From NCBI GenBank assembly GCA_951406725.2, contig OX597834.1:24738001-24802000 (forward strand): a stretch of DNA of 64,000 nt. Reading direction: 5' to 3'. Within the stretch, counting starts at the first letter, position 1, and every line of letters begins with the position of its first letter. This document shows positions 25,415-38,689 of this stretch, one piece after another. The stretch comes from Octopus vulgaris. Lineage: Eukaryota. A program made the translations under genes and the position numbers. Below the pieces are notes generated by a model, which was not told the origin of the DNA, did no database searches, and saw nothing but the letters and a program-made list of their open reading frames with translations.

Positions 25415-25615
25415 TTGAATTCAACTTTTGGCACAAGGCCAGCAATTTGTGTGGGGGCGGGGTATAAGTCGATCATAAAGCCCCCGGTGCCCAACTGTTA
25501 TTTTATCTGAAAGTATGAAAGGCAAAGCCGACCTCGGCGGAATTTGAGCTCAGCACATAAAAACGGACGAAATGCCGCTAAGCATTTTGTCCGGGGTGTT
25601 AACCATTCTGCCAAC
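25415..25615 (-). mobile_element. SINE family A2
   Basis: Diverged full copy. Confidence 0.8.
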
Positions 25616-26149
25616 ACACCTACGCCACACACATACACACACACATAGATATAATGTGCACTTGCCAGTATACACGTGGGCATATACTTTTGTGTGTGAG
25701 TATATATATATAGGGAAAAATATGCATTTGTGTATAACGGTGTTTGTATACACATAAACACACATGCCGACGCATACAGGTGTGTGTATGTACTATATAC
25801 TGACAGCACGTAGTCAATTGACTATATACTAAATAACTAAGTAGTCTACGTGCTAGCAGTATACAGCTTATACTAATTACGTCATCACTGTCTCTCTCTC
25901 TCTCTCTCGCTCTCTCTCACCTTAAACTTACAACTGCTGTTAGTACAACCTGTGCACACGTACACTTTTCATTCTATTTTCAATGACTTCCTTCACCTTC
26001 CAACCCCGCTTCCCCTTCACCTTTTCCCCCACCCCCACTCTTCTATTCTTATTTCAGGATTACCTAAATTACTCCACAATATTTCAAGGTCAAAACTACA
26101 AATCTCTTTCTCAGTCTGTCTGCATATATGCATGTATCTTTATTTTTCT

Positions 26150-26522
26150 TTAATCTTTTACATGTCTCAGTCATTAGAATGCGATCATGCTGGAGCACAG
26201 CCTTGAAGAATTTTAGTCGAATATATTGACCCCCTAGTATTTGTCTTTCTTTTAAAGCTCGTTACATATTCTACCGGTCTTACTTTTGCCGAAGTGCTAA
26301 GTTACGGGAACGTAAGCACACCAACACCGGTTGTCGAGCGGTGGTCTCTCACAGACACACACACGCACATACACACACGAAGGGCTTCTTCCAGTTTCAC
26401 TTTCAAGGCTTAGGTCGGTCTGAGGCTATGGTAGAAGACACTTAACCCAAGGTGCCACACAGTGAGACTGAACCCTGAACTGTGTGGTTGGGAAGCAAAT
26501 TTCTTACCACACAACCACGCCT
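26150..26522 (-). mobile_element. SINE family B
   Basis: Diverged full copy. Confidence 0.85.
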
Positions 26523-26777
26523 ATCGCTGGCTCATATTTGCTCCAACTTCTCGTCCTCTTTGCTATCCTCTGTCCCCTATCTGTAACCATTATATCGCAA
26601 TCTATGTATCTATGATATTCTGTCCGTCGTTGCCTCTCTCTCTGTTCCTGTTTTAGACATTGCTTAACTCGCTATATCGATAGTCAATCTTTGTTAGTCT
26701 ACCTTCACCTCCTTCTCACTATGCGTTCCAGTCTATCTCAGGGTCTAACTCCCTATATATACCCTATATATACCAAA

Positions 26778-27008
26778 GGCGGCGAGCTGGTAGAAACGTT
26801 AGCACGCCGGGCGAAATGCGTAGCCGTATTTCGTCTGCCGTTACGTTCTGAGTTCAAATTCCGCCGAGGTCGACTTTGCCTTTCATCCTTTCGGGGTCGA
26901 TAAATTAAGTACCAGTTGCGCACTGGGGTCGATGTAATCGACTTAATCCCTTTGTCTGTCCTTGTTTGTCCTCTCTGTGTTTAGCCCCTTGTGGGTAGTA
27001 AAGAAATA
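26778..27008 (+). mobile_element. SINE family A1
   Basis: GGCGGCGAGCTGGTAGAAACGTTAG ... CCCCTTGTGGGTAGTAAAGAAAT. Confidence 0.95.
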
Positions 27009-27319
27009 TATATATGCCTCAGAGTGCATGTTGTGCCCTGTCTCATACAGATAGTCTATGTCTGTTAGTCTGTATGAATTTTTCTCTTAATCCGTTTATA
27101 TCTGCCTACATATCTCTGCCTATCTTAGTCCCTATATCAGTGTGGCAGTCTAAGTAATCTCTGTTAGTCTAAGACGATTTAGTTAAGCAATTTCGGCCAA
27201 CATAGAAAAGAATGGCACGATCAACACGATCAAAAAGTGGAAGCGCATTGTAACCAGCAGTGTATAACAGTATCTGACGATCTGGTCGGTATTGTGTTAC
27301 TATGGTGTGTGTGTGTGTG

Positions 27320-27522
27320 TGTATGACCGCGTGTGTACCGTTGGCGATTTATTTTCCTCCGTCTTCCCTTCTCTGGATCTTTCCTTCTCCTATGATTCCG
27401 ACGAAGAGCTCCGCTCGAAACGTTAAACTCTCCTTCTTTCCTGAGCGCCCAATAATACTATATTTGTTCCACGTCCTCGCGTTGATGTTTTTTTTGTGTG
27501 CTTTCTTGTTTGGATTAACTAT
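27320..27522 (+). mobile_element. hammerhead-bearing short element (Penelope-like tail)
   Basis: CCGACGA-A-GAGC(TCC)GCTC-GAAACGTT-aaa at 27398-27427. Same family at 36538-36730 (-) and 58920-59012 (-). Ends in (TA)n. Confidence 0.7.
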
Positions 27523-27679
27523 ATATATATATATGTCACGGTAGTTGTTGACCAGACTGTGAAATGTGGTTACGATGCGTTGCGCATTCTTTTAGCTACC
27601 GATAATGCCATTTAGCTGTTAGTTGGGTAGGCCATCACTCCTCTTAAACGGAACGCCAGTCGGTCGCAGTGTCATCCAC

Positions 27680-27817
27680 TTTAATCCGAGTGGACTGGAG
27701 CAACGTAAAATGAAGTATTTCGCTCAAGATTACTATGCGCAACCGACTTGGAGAGTCATAAGCACGATCTGACGATCGAGAATGCAACACCCTCGCCGCT
27801 AAGTGACGCACCTTCAC
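27680..27817 (-). mobile_element. SINE family E head fragment
   Basis: Reverse complement of CTTGAGC.AA.TACTTCATTT.ACGTTGCTCCAGT. Similar fragments at 50220-50345 (-) and 54152-54290 (+). Confidence 0.65.
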
Positions 27818-27878
27818 ACACGCGCGTGCACATACACACACGTCACACTTATAAGTACTGTAATCTAATAATTTCCCA

Positions 27879-27932
<54 letters not shown>

Positions 27933-28002
27933 ACTGATAACAATAATTAAAAGAATTAAAATGTTGCAGTCATCTGATTCCTTCTCTCTTAATAGCTTAG
28001 AC

Positions 28003-28380
28003 CAATGCTTCTCAATCGGGGTACATATGACCCTTCGGGGTACATATGAGATATTGTTGTTAAAAATGATGTGCAATAAAATCGGTCATACTTCTATACA
28101 CAGAATATTTTAAACAGTGCTTTGTATTCATTCATTCATGCAGTGATTCATTCATTCATTCATTCATTCGGTTCTCATTGTGTCTTGTGGCACTTGAGGT
28201 GACAGCAAGATCATTCCACCTTCTAACACTGAGAGCGTCCTTGACAGCTTGTCCCATTGTTAACCCATTGCTTTTAAGATCTTTTGTTATTGTTCTCCGC
28301 CATCGAATGGCTAGGACGGTCCATACGAGTAAAAGAGGAATCAAAAGGGTCCATAGGCAAAGAATGGTTGAAAAACACTG
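28003..28380. mobile_element. hAT-type MITE interrupted by an RTE 3' fragment
   Basis: TIRs CAATGCTTCTCAA / TTGAAAAACACTG. Internal minus-strand WRRTITKDL..W..LAVTSSATRH with (TGAA)n tail at ~28125-28305. Confidence 0.7.
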
Positions 28381-29099
28381 GTTTAGAATATAACAGATAG
28401 TTTCTTTAACATCACGTAAAATAGTGGACAGGCGGAAGAGAAAACAAGACAAACTGTACTGTCTACTACTAAGGAAATCCGTTATTGCAGGGCTTTATCT
28501 TGTGTTTTTGGTTTTGTCGTTTGGTTTGTTTGTTTATTTCCTGCTTTCTATTTCTTATACGTTGATATCTTATTCGACATCTTTATATCAAAAGCTTTAG
28601 CCAATATACCTTTGTTATTAAGTCTTTATATCTTTGGCCTTTTTATCTTCCATTATGTTTTTATATCATAGTCTATACATCATTATGGCTATATCTTTAT
28701 GTTTATATCTTCAGTCTTTATATTTTAGTCTTTATAGTTTATACCTTTATTTCTTTCTTATATGTTTGTTCATTCATTTCACGAACGAGAAAATGGCTGA
28801 CATCGTTAATTTTGTTTTTTCGTTTGAAAGTCGGGAAACGAAACATAATAGGAGAAAGGCGAGAAAAATGTTCATAAAATAACGGTTATAATGACTTTGT
28901 ATATGTGTACTTAAGTCATTTGACTGCGGCCATGCTGGGGCAACGCCTTAAATGGTTTTAGTCAAAGAGATCGACCCCAGACATAAAGACACACATACAG
29001 ATACATATATATATATACACAAGACGAGCTTCTTTCAGTTTCGGTCTACCAAATCCGCCCACAATGTTCGGTTGGCCCGATGCTATAGTAGAAGACATT

Positions 29100-29162
<63 letters not shown>

Positions 29163-29173
29163 CTGCCTGTCTG

Positions 29174-29247
<74 letters not shown>

Positions 29248-29250
<3 letters not shown>

Positions 29251-30905
29251 TGGCGCCATTTAATTCAAGAACGCTAGTATACTAATGTTAAAATGGTATG
29301 TTTTATAAATTCAAGATGTAATTTGTGAATTAAGATTTATATCAAAATAAAGAAAATTTCACGAGCTTTAATATGATATACAACTTGACAGCATAATATC
29401 AACATATTAATTTTAAATTAAAAAAAAATAAACTTTATTTTACGTAATCAACGTCGCCACTTAGTTTAAGAACGATTTTCAAAATTTCCTTTTTTTTTCG
29501 CCTTATTGTCTAATATAAAGGTAGGGTAATGTGCATGCTGTTACAATTTTTTAAGTTACTTAATAGTTTTGATGGGTAAGAGGCAAAACTCAACAGCAGA
29601 CAGCAGAGTGAGGATCGTCCAGTTTAGTAGGCTAAAATGGTCATATAAAGCTATTTCAAACGAAGTTGGATGCTCTAAAACAGTCTGTCCATCTTTATAA
29701 AGAAACTAATGATTATAAAGACTGCTCTCGACCTGGGCAACCAAGAATATCAACGGCAAGAATGGATTGATACATTCATAGACTATCCCTAAAAAAAAAA
29801 AATACGACAAATGACCGCTGTTGACATTTTAAAAGAAATTCGGCAAAAATATGGACTTACCACTGGAGTGTCCATCATAAAAAACCCGTTTGAAAGAATT
29901 TGGACTTCTAAGAAGAGTCTCTCGCAAAAAGCCATACATTTCTTTAAAAAATCTTTGTGCCCGAATACAGTTCGTAAAAGAGCATTTGAATTGGAGTCCA
30001 GCAGATTGGTCGAATGTGTTGTGGTCGGGCAAGTCAAAGTTCAACTTGTTCGGCAGTGATGGCAGGAAGCATATAAGAAGGTGTATATAGGTGAAGAATA
30101 TCATCCAGAGTGCATCCGACTTACAATTAAGCACGGTGGTGGAAGTGTGATGGTTGTGGGGGCACATGTCTGGAAAAGGGCTCGGTCCTATAATCCGATT
30201 CAAGGGCATTATGGATAGTAAGTCCTATCTATAAATATTGCATAGGTCTCTGCTTCCATACGCCCGAAAGCATTTGAGCCAATCTTGGACTTTCTAGCAT
30301 AACAACGACCCGAAACACACCTTGCACCTAGTCAGAGATTACATTAGGCATAAGAGAGTTTAGTTGATGCAATGGCCGGTGCATTTTGCCCGACCTAAAT
30401 CCCATCGTAAACCTTTGGGAAAGGTTGAGTGGAGCTGTGCATAGTAGTAAGCCAAAGAATAACGATGATTTTTTTTTAAACATTACTAGCCAAAATTGGG
30501 AAAAAAATGTCAGGAACAGTGATAAAGAATCTGAACAATTATGTTTCACAGATGCAAAGCCGTATTAAGTAATTTTGGATAGCCAACCAAATACCGGTTG
30601 TGTGAGCTTATTATTGCTTTTTTTTTATTGATCTCAAAATAAACTTCTTTAGACAAAAAATGAAATTTTGCAAATCGTTCTTAAATTAAGTGGTAACGTA
30701 AATGACGCAAAATAAAGTTTATTTTTTAATTTAAAAATTAATATGTTGATGCTATGCTGTCAGGTTGTATACCATATTTAAAGCTCGTGAAATTTTCTTT
30801 ATTTTAATATACATCTTAATTCACAATTTGCAACTTGAATGCACAAAAAATAACCATTTTAACATTAATTAGTATACTAGCGTTCTTGAATTAAATGACA
30901 CCACA

Positions 30906-30906
<1 letters not shown>
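29248..30906 (+). mobile_element. full-length decayed Tc1 transposon with ~240-bp IR/DR-type TIRs
   Basis: TIRs 29248-29488 and 30662-30906 contain outer and inner AAGAACG direct repeats. Inserted in (TA)n. Confidence 0.93.
29572..30595 (+). pseudogene. Tc1 (DD34E-type) transposase pseudogene
   Basis: MGKR.., RKKPYIS, W..VLWSGKSKFNLFGSDG, KHGGGSVMV, HNNDPKH and PDLNPIVNLW, with stops and frameshifts. Confidence 0.93.
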
Positions 30907-30951
<45 letters not shown>

Positions 30952-31798
30952 TCCTCTCTCTATCTATCTACCTATATTTCTCCCTATCAACTTCTCTCTC
31001 TCTCCCTATCTATCTGTCTATCTATCTATATATGCGTGTGTGTGTGTCTATCTATTCTCTGTGTGGTTATAGACGCCAACAGCTGTCTATGTACCCCTGT
31101 ACGCAAAAGCAACCAAGCACCTATGAAGAAAACAACTGAATTGTATTCAATCATTTTGTACTTCTGAAATACTCTGCCGCCATTTTCTTTTACATTGATC
31201 TCGTTGCGATTCTTATGTGTGTTTCCACCCACTTTTTTTTTTGCTTTACACACACCCTTCCACTATAAGTATAAACATACTACGTACACTTCCCTTCTGC
31301 GACATACATATACTTACGCATACATGTGTCTTAACGAACAGCTTTGAATCGTGACTGTTACAAATGAACAGGGGATTATTCTTGACATCCACCTATGAAC
31401 GTATGACAAATAACGAACCAAACCAAAAGAACCGGACATATCTAACGAGCCTCTATGCTGTGTCTCAGTTCGCGAAAAGAAAAAAAAATGGGAAAAGAGA
31501 CCAAATCTACCCCTAGCGACACCCTGCAAACTCACACACACACGCGACTTTTTTTTTTTTATAACGATGACGGAAAAGTCTACGATCATAAATCTTCTCG
31601 AAAACAGACTCACCTGGGGACACTGCCACGCGCGCGCGCGCACGCACACACATGCATACATACACATCGCACGCAGACACATATACAATGCACACACTCA
31701 CACACAGATATAACATACAAACACACGCATAATATATGCATACATACACTAGCGGTAAATATTTTTCATCTTCACAAAACTGTTTCTAAACAAGAGAT

Positions 31799-32190
31799 TT
31801 TTTTTTTTAGAAGCACTCCGTCGGTTACGACGATGAGGGTTCCGGTTGATCCGAATCAACGGAACAGCCTGCTCGTGAAATTAACGTGTAAGTGGCTGAG
31901 CACTCCACAGACACGTGTACCCTTAACGTAGTTCTCGGGGATATTCAGCGTGACACAGAGAGTGACAAGGCCGGCCCTTTGAAATACAGGTACAACAGAA
32001 ACAGGAAGTAAGAGTGAGAGAAAGTTGTGATGAAAGAGTACAGCAGGGATCACCACAATCCCTGCCGGAGCCTCGTGGAGCTTTAGGTGTTTTCGCTCAA
32101 TAAACACTCACAACGCCCGGTCTGGGAATCGAAACCGCGATCCTATGACCGCGAGTCCACTGCCCTAACCACTGGGCCATTGCGCCTCCA
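31799..32190 (-). mobile_element. SINE family C, full length, young
   Basis: Poly(A) tail and 13-bp TSD CTAAACAAGAGAT at 31786-31798 and 32191-32203. Confidence 0.95.
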
Positions 32191-32586
32191 CTAAACAAGA
32201 GATACAGGTATATCGAATACCATACAACATAAACTTGTGATTTATTAAAATGTTCTTCGCTTCCCGAGGTCGTATCATAATTACCAAATGGCAATAAAGG
32301 CCAGCTCCACATGAGAAGTGGAGAGATAATCAGAAGACTCAAGGATTCGTCAACACAATTGCCTTACTTTACCGTTAGTACCCAGACTTATATCAAAGCA
32401 AAAGTAGAGCACATGACTAAAATGAACAAGATAGACTGTTCCCGAATTCAGTATTAGCACCTACTTTTTTTTTTTTACATTTTATCTCATTTCTCCCAAC
32501 TGACACTAATTTTTGTCCATACCTTATTTTATGTACTCGCCTCCTCAGCTTGTAACCTTCTTTGGTAAAGTCGTCCTCATCTGATA

Positions 32587-32824
32587 TCTATTTCTTTACT
32601 ACCCACAAGGGGCTAAACACAGAGAGGACAAACAAGGACAGACAAACGGATTAAGTCGATTATATCGATCCCAGTGCGTAACTGGTCATTAATTTATCGA
32701 CCCATAAAGGATGAAAGGCAAAGTCGACCTCGGCGGAATTTGAACTCAGAACGTAACGGCAGACGAAATACGGCTACGCATTTCGCCCAGCGTGCTAACG
32801 ATTCTGCCAGCTCACCGCCTTGTT
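32587..32824 (-). mobile_element. SINE family A1
   Basis: 11-bp TSD CTCATCTGATA at 32576-32586 and 32825-32835. Confidence 0.93.
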
Positions 32825-32847
32825 CTCATCTGATACCATTATATCAA

Positions 32848-33045
32848 AGCAGAATCGTTAGCGCTTCACACAAAATACTTAGCAGCCTTTTCTTCCGGCT
32901 CTTTCAAGTTCTGAGATCAAATTCCGCCGAAGTCGACTTTGCCTTTCATTTTATTTTCGGCGTCGATAAAGTACTAATCAAGCACTGGGGTCGATTTAAT
33001 CGACATATATCTCCTTTTAAAATTCATGGTCATAAAAATTAGAAA
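32848..33045 (+). mobile_element. SINE family A2 (diverged)
   Basis: Core GTCGACTTTGCCTTTCAT. Confidence 0.75.
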
Positions 33046-33308
33046 CAATATAATCATTGGTATTGCTTATGCGGTGGAGTCGATGGCGCTCTGGATCAAA
33101 TGTCTAACACATTTGTGTCGATCCTCTGCTCTTTGAGTTCAAATACCGTTCAGGATAACTCTGCCTTTTATCCTTCGAACGTCGATAGACAACACTCAAA
33201 GATATTAAAGGGACGGCGAGATGCCTTGTGGTATTCATTCCGGTCTTTGAGTTCTGAGAGTTCAGATTCTCTAATTTACTAGAATCTCATCAAAACTGGT
33301 GGCATTGT

Positions 33309-33309
<1 letters not shown>

Positions 33310-33344
<35 letters not shown>

Positions 33345-33996
33345 AGAAACAAGTAGACAGTGAACGCGAAAATAGAGAGAGACAGACAGACTGACAATCA
33401 GTGATACAGAGAGAATGGAAGATGGGCAGACAGTGAGTGAGAGGGGGGAGAGAAAGAGAGAGAAAGAGAGAAAGACGAAGATAGTGAGAGAAAGACCAAC
33501 AAACAGACACAGTGAGACAGAGAGAGTGAGACAGGCAGACAGTGAGAGAGACATAGAGAGACAGAGAGAGTGACAAACAGTGAGAGAGAAAGAGAGAGAG
33601 ACAAAGACAGACAAAGTGAGAGAGATAGTGAGAAAGAAAGGGAGACCAACGGAGAGACACGAGACACGAAGATTGATAGGCAGACAGTATGATAGTGAGA
33701 AATATAGAGAGAGAAAGAGAGAGAGAATGAGAGAGAGGGTGAGAGAGAGAGAAACAGACTGACAGAGATAATGAGAGAGGTAGTGAGAGAAAGAGAAAGA
33801 CCGACAGACATACAGTGTGACAGAGAGAGTGACAGACAGGCAGACATTGAGAGAGTGAGAGGAAGACAGAGATACAAACAACGACAGTGAAAGAAATTGA
33901 CAGTAAAAGAGAGAGAGAGAGGGAGGGAGGATAGAGAGGGAGGATAGAGATAGGGAAAGAGAGGGAGGGAAGAAAGAGAGAGAGAGAGAGAGAGAG
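33310..33996. repeat. cryptic (GA/GACA)n tract
   Basis: Directly visible. Confidence 0.9.
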
Positions 33997-34176
33997 TATT
34001 TCTTTATTCACCATAAGGTTGAGAAAAAGAGGGGACAAAACAAACGTTGGGGTCAGGGTATCGAATGAGACGAAACATATGAATAAACAAACAATTAAAA
34101 TATATACAATTAAATGAGAATGAGTGATTAACAAAAAATGAAGCGGAGGACGCGGTCGACCCCAAGAGAGAGAGAG
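33997..34176 (-). mobile_element. L1/Tx1-like LINE 3'UTR fragment
   Basis: Ends GTTTTGTCCCCTC..CCTTATGGTGAATAAAGAAATA, resembling the tail at 1660-1730. Confidence 0.45.
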
Positions 34177-34315
34177 AAAAACTGACTGACTGACTATCTA
34201 TAAATCTGCATTGAATTCCTTCGGAAGTAATACGGCATTATTCGGAGTAAGGAGCAGGGTTTTCGTGTTTTGTTTAATGTGTCATAACACAACAAGCAAA
34301 CCGGCAACCTTAAAT

Positions 34316-34346
<31 letters not shown>

Positions 34347-34348
34347 GC

Positions 34349-34459
<111 letters not shown>

Positions 34460-35414
34460 TGTCCTATCATAACAAACATCATCATCATCATCGCTAACAC
34501 ATCATACAACGGCCGCCACCACTAACAACTTTACCACCATCTTTGCAATCACAATAACAAAACAAAGTTATATATAGTCACCGCTACAACAACAACAACA
34601 ACAACAACCATTCTATTAGCTCTCCCAATTCTTACAGACAATTATACACTCACTTTATACACACAAACTCTCTCACGCTCTCTCTCTCTCACCTACCCTG
34701 TCTTTCTCTTCTTCACCTCTTTCTCTCTCTCTCTCTCTCTCTCTCACCAAATTTATAGGGCAAGCTACTAAAAACTTATTCGTGTCACACTATTTTTTAA
34801 CGGAGGTGACATTTCACGCACCTTGACCGGAAATGAGGATAATTACAGTGTTTGACCCCGTCGTAAAAAACCCAGAGAGAGAGAGGGTGGGTGGGGGCGA
34901 GGGAGGAAAGGAAAAGCTGCAGGGAAGTAGGAAGGTTGAGTTGGAAGTTCAGGGTTTTGTAAGAGGTCGTTAAGGGAGGAGAGAAAGTAAGCCTTAAATT
35001 TAAGAGTGAAGAATGATTTAGGGTAAGTAATACATGGGGCGAGGGGAAAGGGTTTGGGTTAAAACAAGGATTAGGGGTCGGCAGAGAAGTACTTAATAAT
35101 CGGATAGGCTGTGGGACATTTTTCTACTCTTGAGGAGATAGGGGTGATAGGTTGGCGAGGTATTCATGTTAAGGATAAAGGCGATATAAGTTTAGGGACT
35201 GGGTGGTACGGTGCCAGAATAGAAGGGGGCTGTAATCCCACGTTTACAAACTGTGGGTGAAAAAAGCCCCGGGGTGTATGGAGAAGGGCAAGCATGAACT
35301 AGACGATGTTTAGAGTTGAGTAGGGCGAGGGATGACTTTCTCGATATTTCCCTTTCATGTTTCGGAGGTGTGTGTGTGTGTGCGTAGGTGTGTCACAAAT
35401 ATATATATAAATAA

Positions 35415-35792
35415 TCTTTTTACTTGTTTGGTTGCAGCCATGCTGGAGCACCGACTTGAAGGGTTTTAGTCGAACAATCGACCCCGGTACTAATTTTCTT
35501 TTAAAGCCTAATAATTATTGTATAGGTCTTTTTTGCCGAACCGCTAAGTTATGAGGACGTAGGCACACCGGCTGGTTGTCAAGCGGTGGAGGGGGGATAC
35601 ACACACACACACACACACACACACGTATACACATGATGGGCTTCTTTCAGTTTCCGTCTACCAAATCCACTCACAAGGCTTTAATCGGCCCGTCGCTATA
35701 GTTGAAAACACCTGCCCGAGGTACCGCGCAGTAGGACTGAACCCGGAACTATGTGGTCGGGAAGCGAGCTTCTTGCCGTACAATCACGCCTA
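35415..35792 (-). mobile_element. SINE family B
   Basis: Full copy with internal (CA)n. Confidence 0.88.
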
Positions 35793-36009
35793 CGCTCGCA
35801 AGTCATGGCTTGTTCACTAGTAGAACAACCGGCATACCCGGCGAGACTTCGAAGTCACTTTCAATAAAAATATAAATGTCAAACTTTTGCACATGTATTG
35901 ACTCATCTATGCATTCAGTATATGTTGTTTTCTGCAGACAAAACTTGCTTTAACTGTGTAAGTGCGTATATGTGTGCACGCGTGTGTATTTATGACACAC
36001 ACACACACA

Positions 36010-36072
<63 letters not shown>

Positions 36073-36497
36073 GCACCCCTACACCACTGCACAGCACAAA
36101 TGACTTTATTATATTTTTACCACAAACCTCATGAGAATTTAAACAGACGTGTGTGTCGTGTGTGTGTGTCGTGTGTGTGTCGTGTGTGTGTGTCGTGTGT
36201 GTATGTCGTGTGTGTGTGTCGTGTGTGTGTCGTGTGTGTATGTCGTATGTATGCGGGTTATTTATTCATGTCACAGTATATTTTCTCATGAGTTTTATTG
36301 AGAAACATAATAATAAAGTCGTTTGTGTAGGGGTGTGTGTGTGCATGCATGTTTGTGTAAATGTGTGTGTGTGTGTCCATATATATTATCTAAAATTTGG
36401 GTATACACCTTGTAATATGCCGATTAAAGCAATTTCACTTATGTCATCCTCGTGCAACTGGACTATCTACCTCAGGAATTCCGCAGTGTTCATTTGT

Positions 36498-36537
<40 letters not shown>

Positions 36538-36541
<4 letters not shown>

Positions 36542-36730
36542 ATCCAAACATGAAAACACAACAACGCGAGGACGTGGAACAAGTATAGTGTTATTGGACG
36601 CTCAGGAAAGGAAAGAAAGAAGGCGGATTTAACGTTTCGAGCGAGCTCTTCGTCAGAAACATAGAAAAAGGAAAGATCCAAGGAAGGGAAGACGGAGGAA
36701 AAAAATCGCCAACGATACACACGCGGTCAC
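36538..36730 (-). mobile_element. hammerhead-bearing short element (Penelope-like tail)
   Basis: Same family as 27320-27522. Lies between (TA)n and (TATG)n. Confidence 0.75.
36628..36659 (-). ncRNA. minimal type I hammerhead ribozyme motif
   Basis: ttt-CTGACGA-A-GAGC(TC)GCTC-GAAACGTT-aaa. Confidence 0.72.
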
Positions 36731-36761
<31 letters not shown>

Positions 36762-36976
36762 TGTATGTATGTTGTATGTATGTATGTATAGGTTAGTTAA
36801 AATATGTTTGTGCCATATTTCAATTGCTAAAAGGGGAATTCACTGGAGTTACTGTGAAGAGGTGTAAAAACACTATATATGTCAAGTGTGGCCCCCTCTA
36901 AGGATTCCCAGGCATCGATGTTTCTAGCTCGGTGCAGATATTTCGATAATACATATATACATACATACATATATAC

Positions 36977-37040
<64 letters not shown>

Positions 37041-37437
37041 TAAGGTTATATTCTGTTAAGAACGTAGTAGAGTGCAGTATAAAGCTCAACAGACAAAGGA
37101 TGCGCTTGAAGCCGAGAATTTGAGTTTACGGAAACAATATTTATAGATCACCCGAGGAAGCACAACCAGATATCATAATGCAAGGGAAACGGTTACATAA
37201 CCAAATACCTGTGCATCTGGAGATCTACATTGCGTGGAAACAATTATAGTGATTACAAATAAATGGTCCTCTGTACTCCTTCTTGTTGACTTCGTTATAT
37301 ATATCACTATACTTACGAGAGTTTTGCACAGATTTTTACACATAAATCAACGTGGATTTCCTACATAAAGGATTCAATACATGTGTAAAGTTTGTCTCTT
37401 AACTATTTGCTAATGTTGCTAAGTGCACCAATAATTT

Positions 37438-37815
37438 ATCTTTTACTTGGTTCAGTCATTTGACTGCGGCCATGCCGGAGCACTGCTTGAAGGGTTTTAG
37501 TCAAACAAATCGGCTCCAGGGCATTTTTCAAGCCTAGTACTTATTCTATCGCTCTATTTTGCCGAACCGCTAACTTACGGGATCGTAAACACACCAACAT
37601 CGGTGATGTGGGGACAAACACGGATACAATGACACACACACATATATATATATACATATATGACGGGCATTTTCACTTCCTGCATACCAAATCCTCTCAC
37701 AAGGCTTTGGTCGGCCCGTGGTTATAGTAAAATATACTTGCGCAAGGTGCCGCACAGTGGGACTGAACCCGGATCTATGTGGATGGGTAGCAAGCTTCTT
37801 ACTATACAGCCACAA
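37438..37815 (-). mobile_element. SINE family B
   Basis: Diverged full copy. Confidence 0.85.
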
Positions 37816-37991
37816 ATATGAATTTATTTTATAAACATATATTTATTTTATATACCAGTATATATACTCCCATACAAATATGGTACCAATACTAAATGGT
37901 TGTAAATACGTATGCATTTGTGAGTCATATAATACGCTTAATAAACTTGGAATGTAGATGTGAAATCGCAGAACTTCCGGCACTTAATCGA

Positions 37992-38030
37992 ACCGACTAG
38001 TTTCGTATGTCTTCGCAGACTCATCAGGTA
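37992..38030 (-). ncRNA. hammerhead ribozyme motif (GUC site)
   Basis: CTGATGA-GTCT(GCGA)AGAC-ATAC-GAAACTAGTC. Helix I is poor. Confidence 0.55.
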
Positions 38031-38119
38031 TCATTTTCCTCATCTTGCCGTGTAATGAGTTAATGTCAGAATATCTTACGGGGATCGTAAACTGAATTGT
38101 TACATGAATAACTAAAGTA

Positions 38120-38520
38120 TTCTCTTACTCTTTTACTTGTTTCAGTCATTTGACTGCGGCCATGCTGGAGCACCGCCTTTAATCGAGCAACTCGACCCCG
38201 GGACTTATTCTTTTGTAAGCCCAGTACTTATTCTATCGGTCTCTTTTGCCGAACCGCTAAGTAATTGGGACATAAACACACCAGTATTGGTTGTCAAGCA
38301 ATGCTAGGGGGACAAACACAGACGCACAAACACACACACGCATATATATATATACGACGGGCTTCTTTCAGTTTCCGTCTACCAAAACCACTCACAATAC
38401 TTTGGTCGGCCCGAGGCTATAGTAGAAGACACTTGCCCAAAGTGCCACGCAGTGGGACTGAACACAGAACCATGTGGCTGGTAAACAAACTACCTACCAC
38501 ACAGCCACTCCTGCGCCTGG
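38120..38520 (-). mobile_element. SINE family B, young
   Basis: 14-bp TSD ACATGAATAACTAA at 38102-38115 and 38521-38534. Confidence 0.95.
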
Positions 38521-38689
38521 ACATGAATAACTAAGATAACAGCACAATATCGTCGTGTATACAGAAGTGTTATACAATATGTTTAATAAGCACACACACT
38601 CTCTTAGTCTCTCAATCTCTCTCTGTCTCTCACGCACCGACACATATGTGGATATTGTGTTTGTTCATGTTTTCGATCAAAAACGTAAA

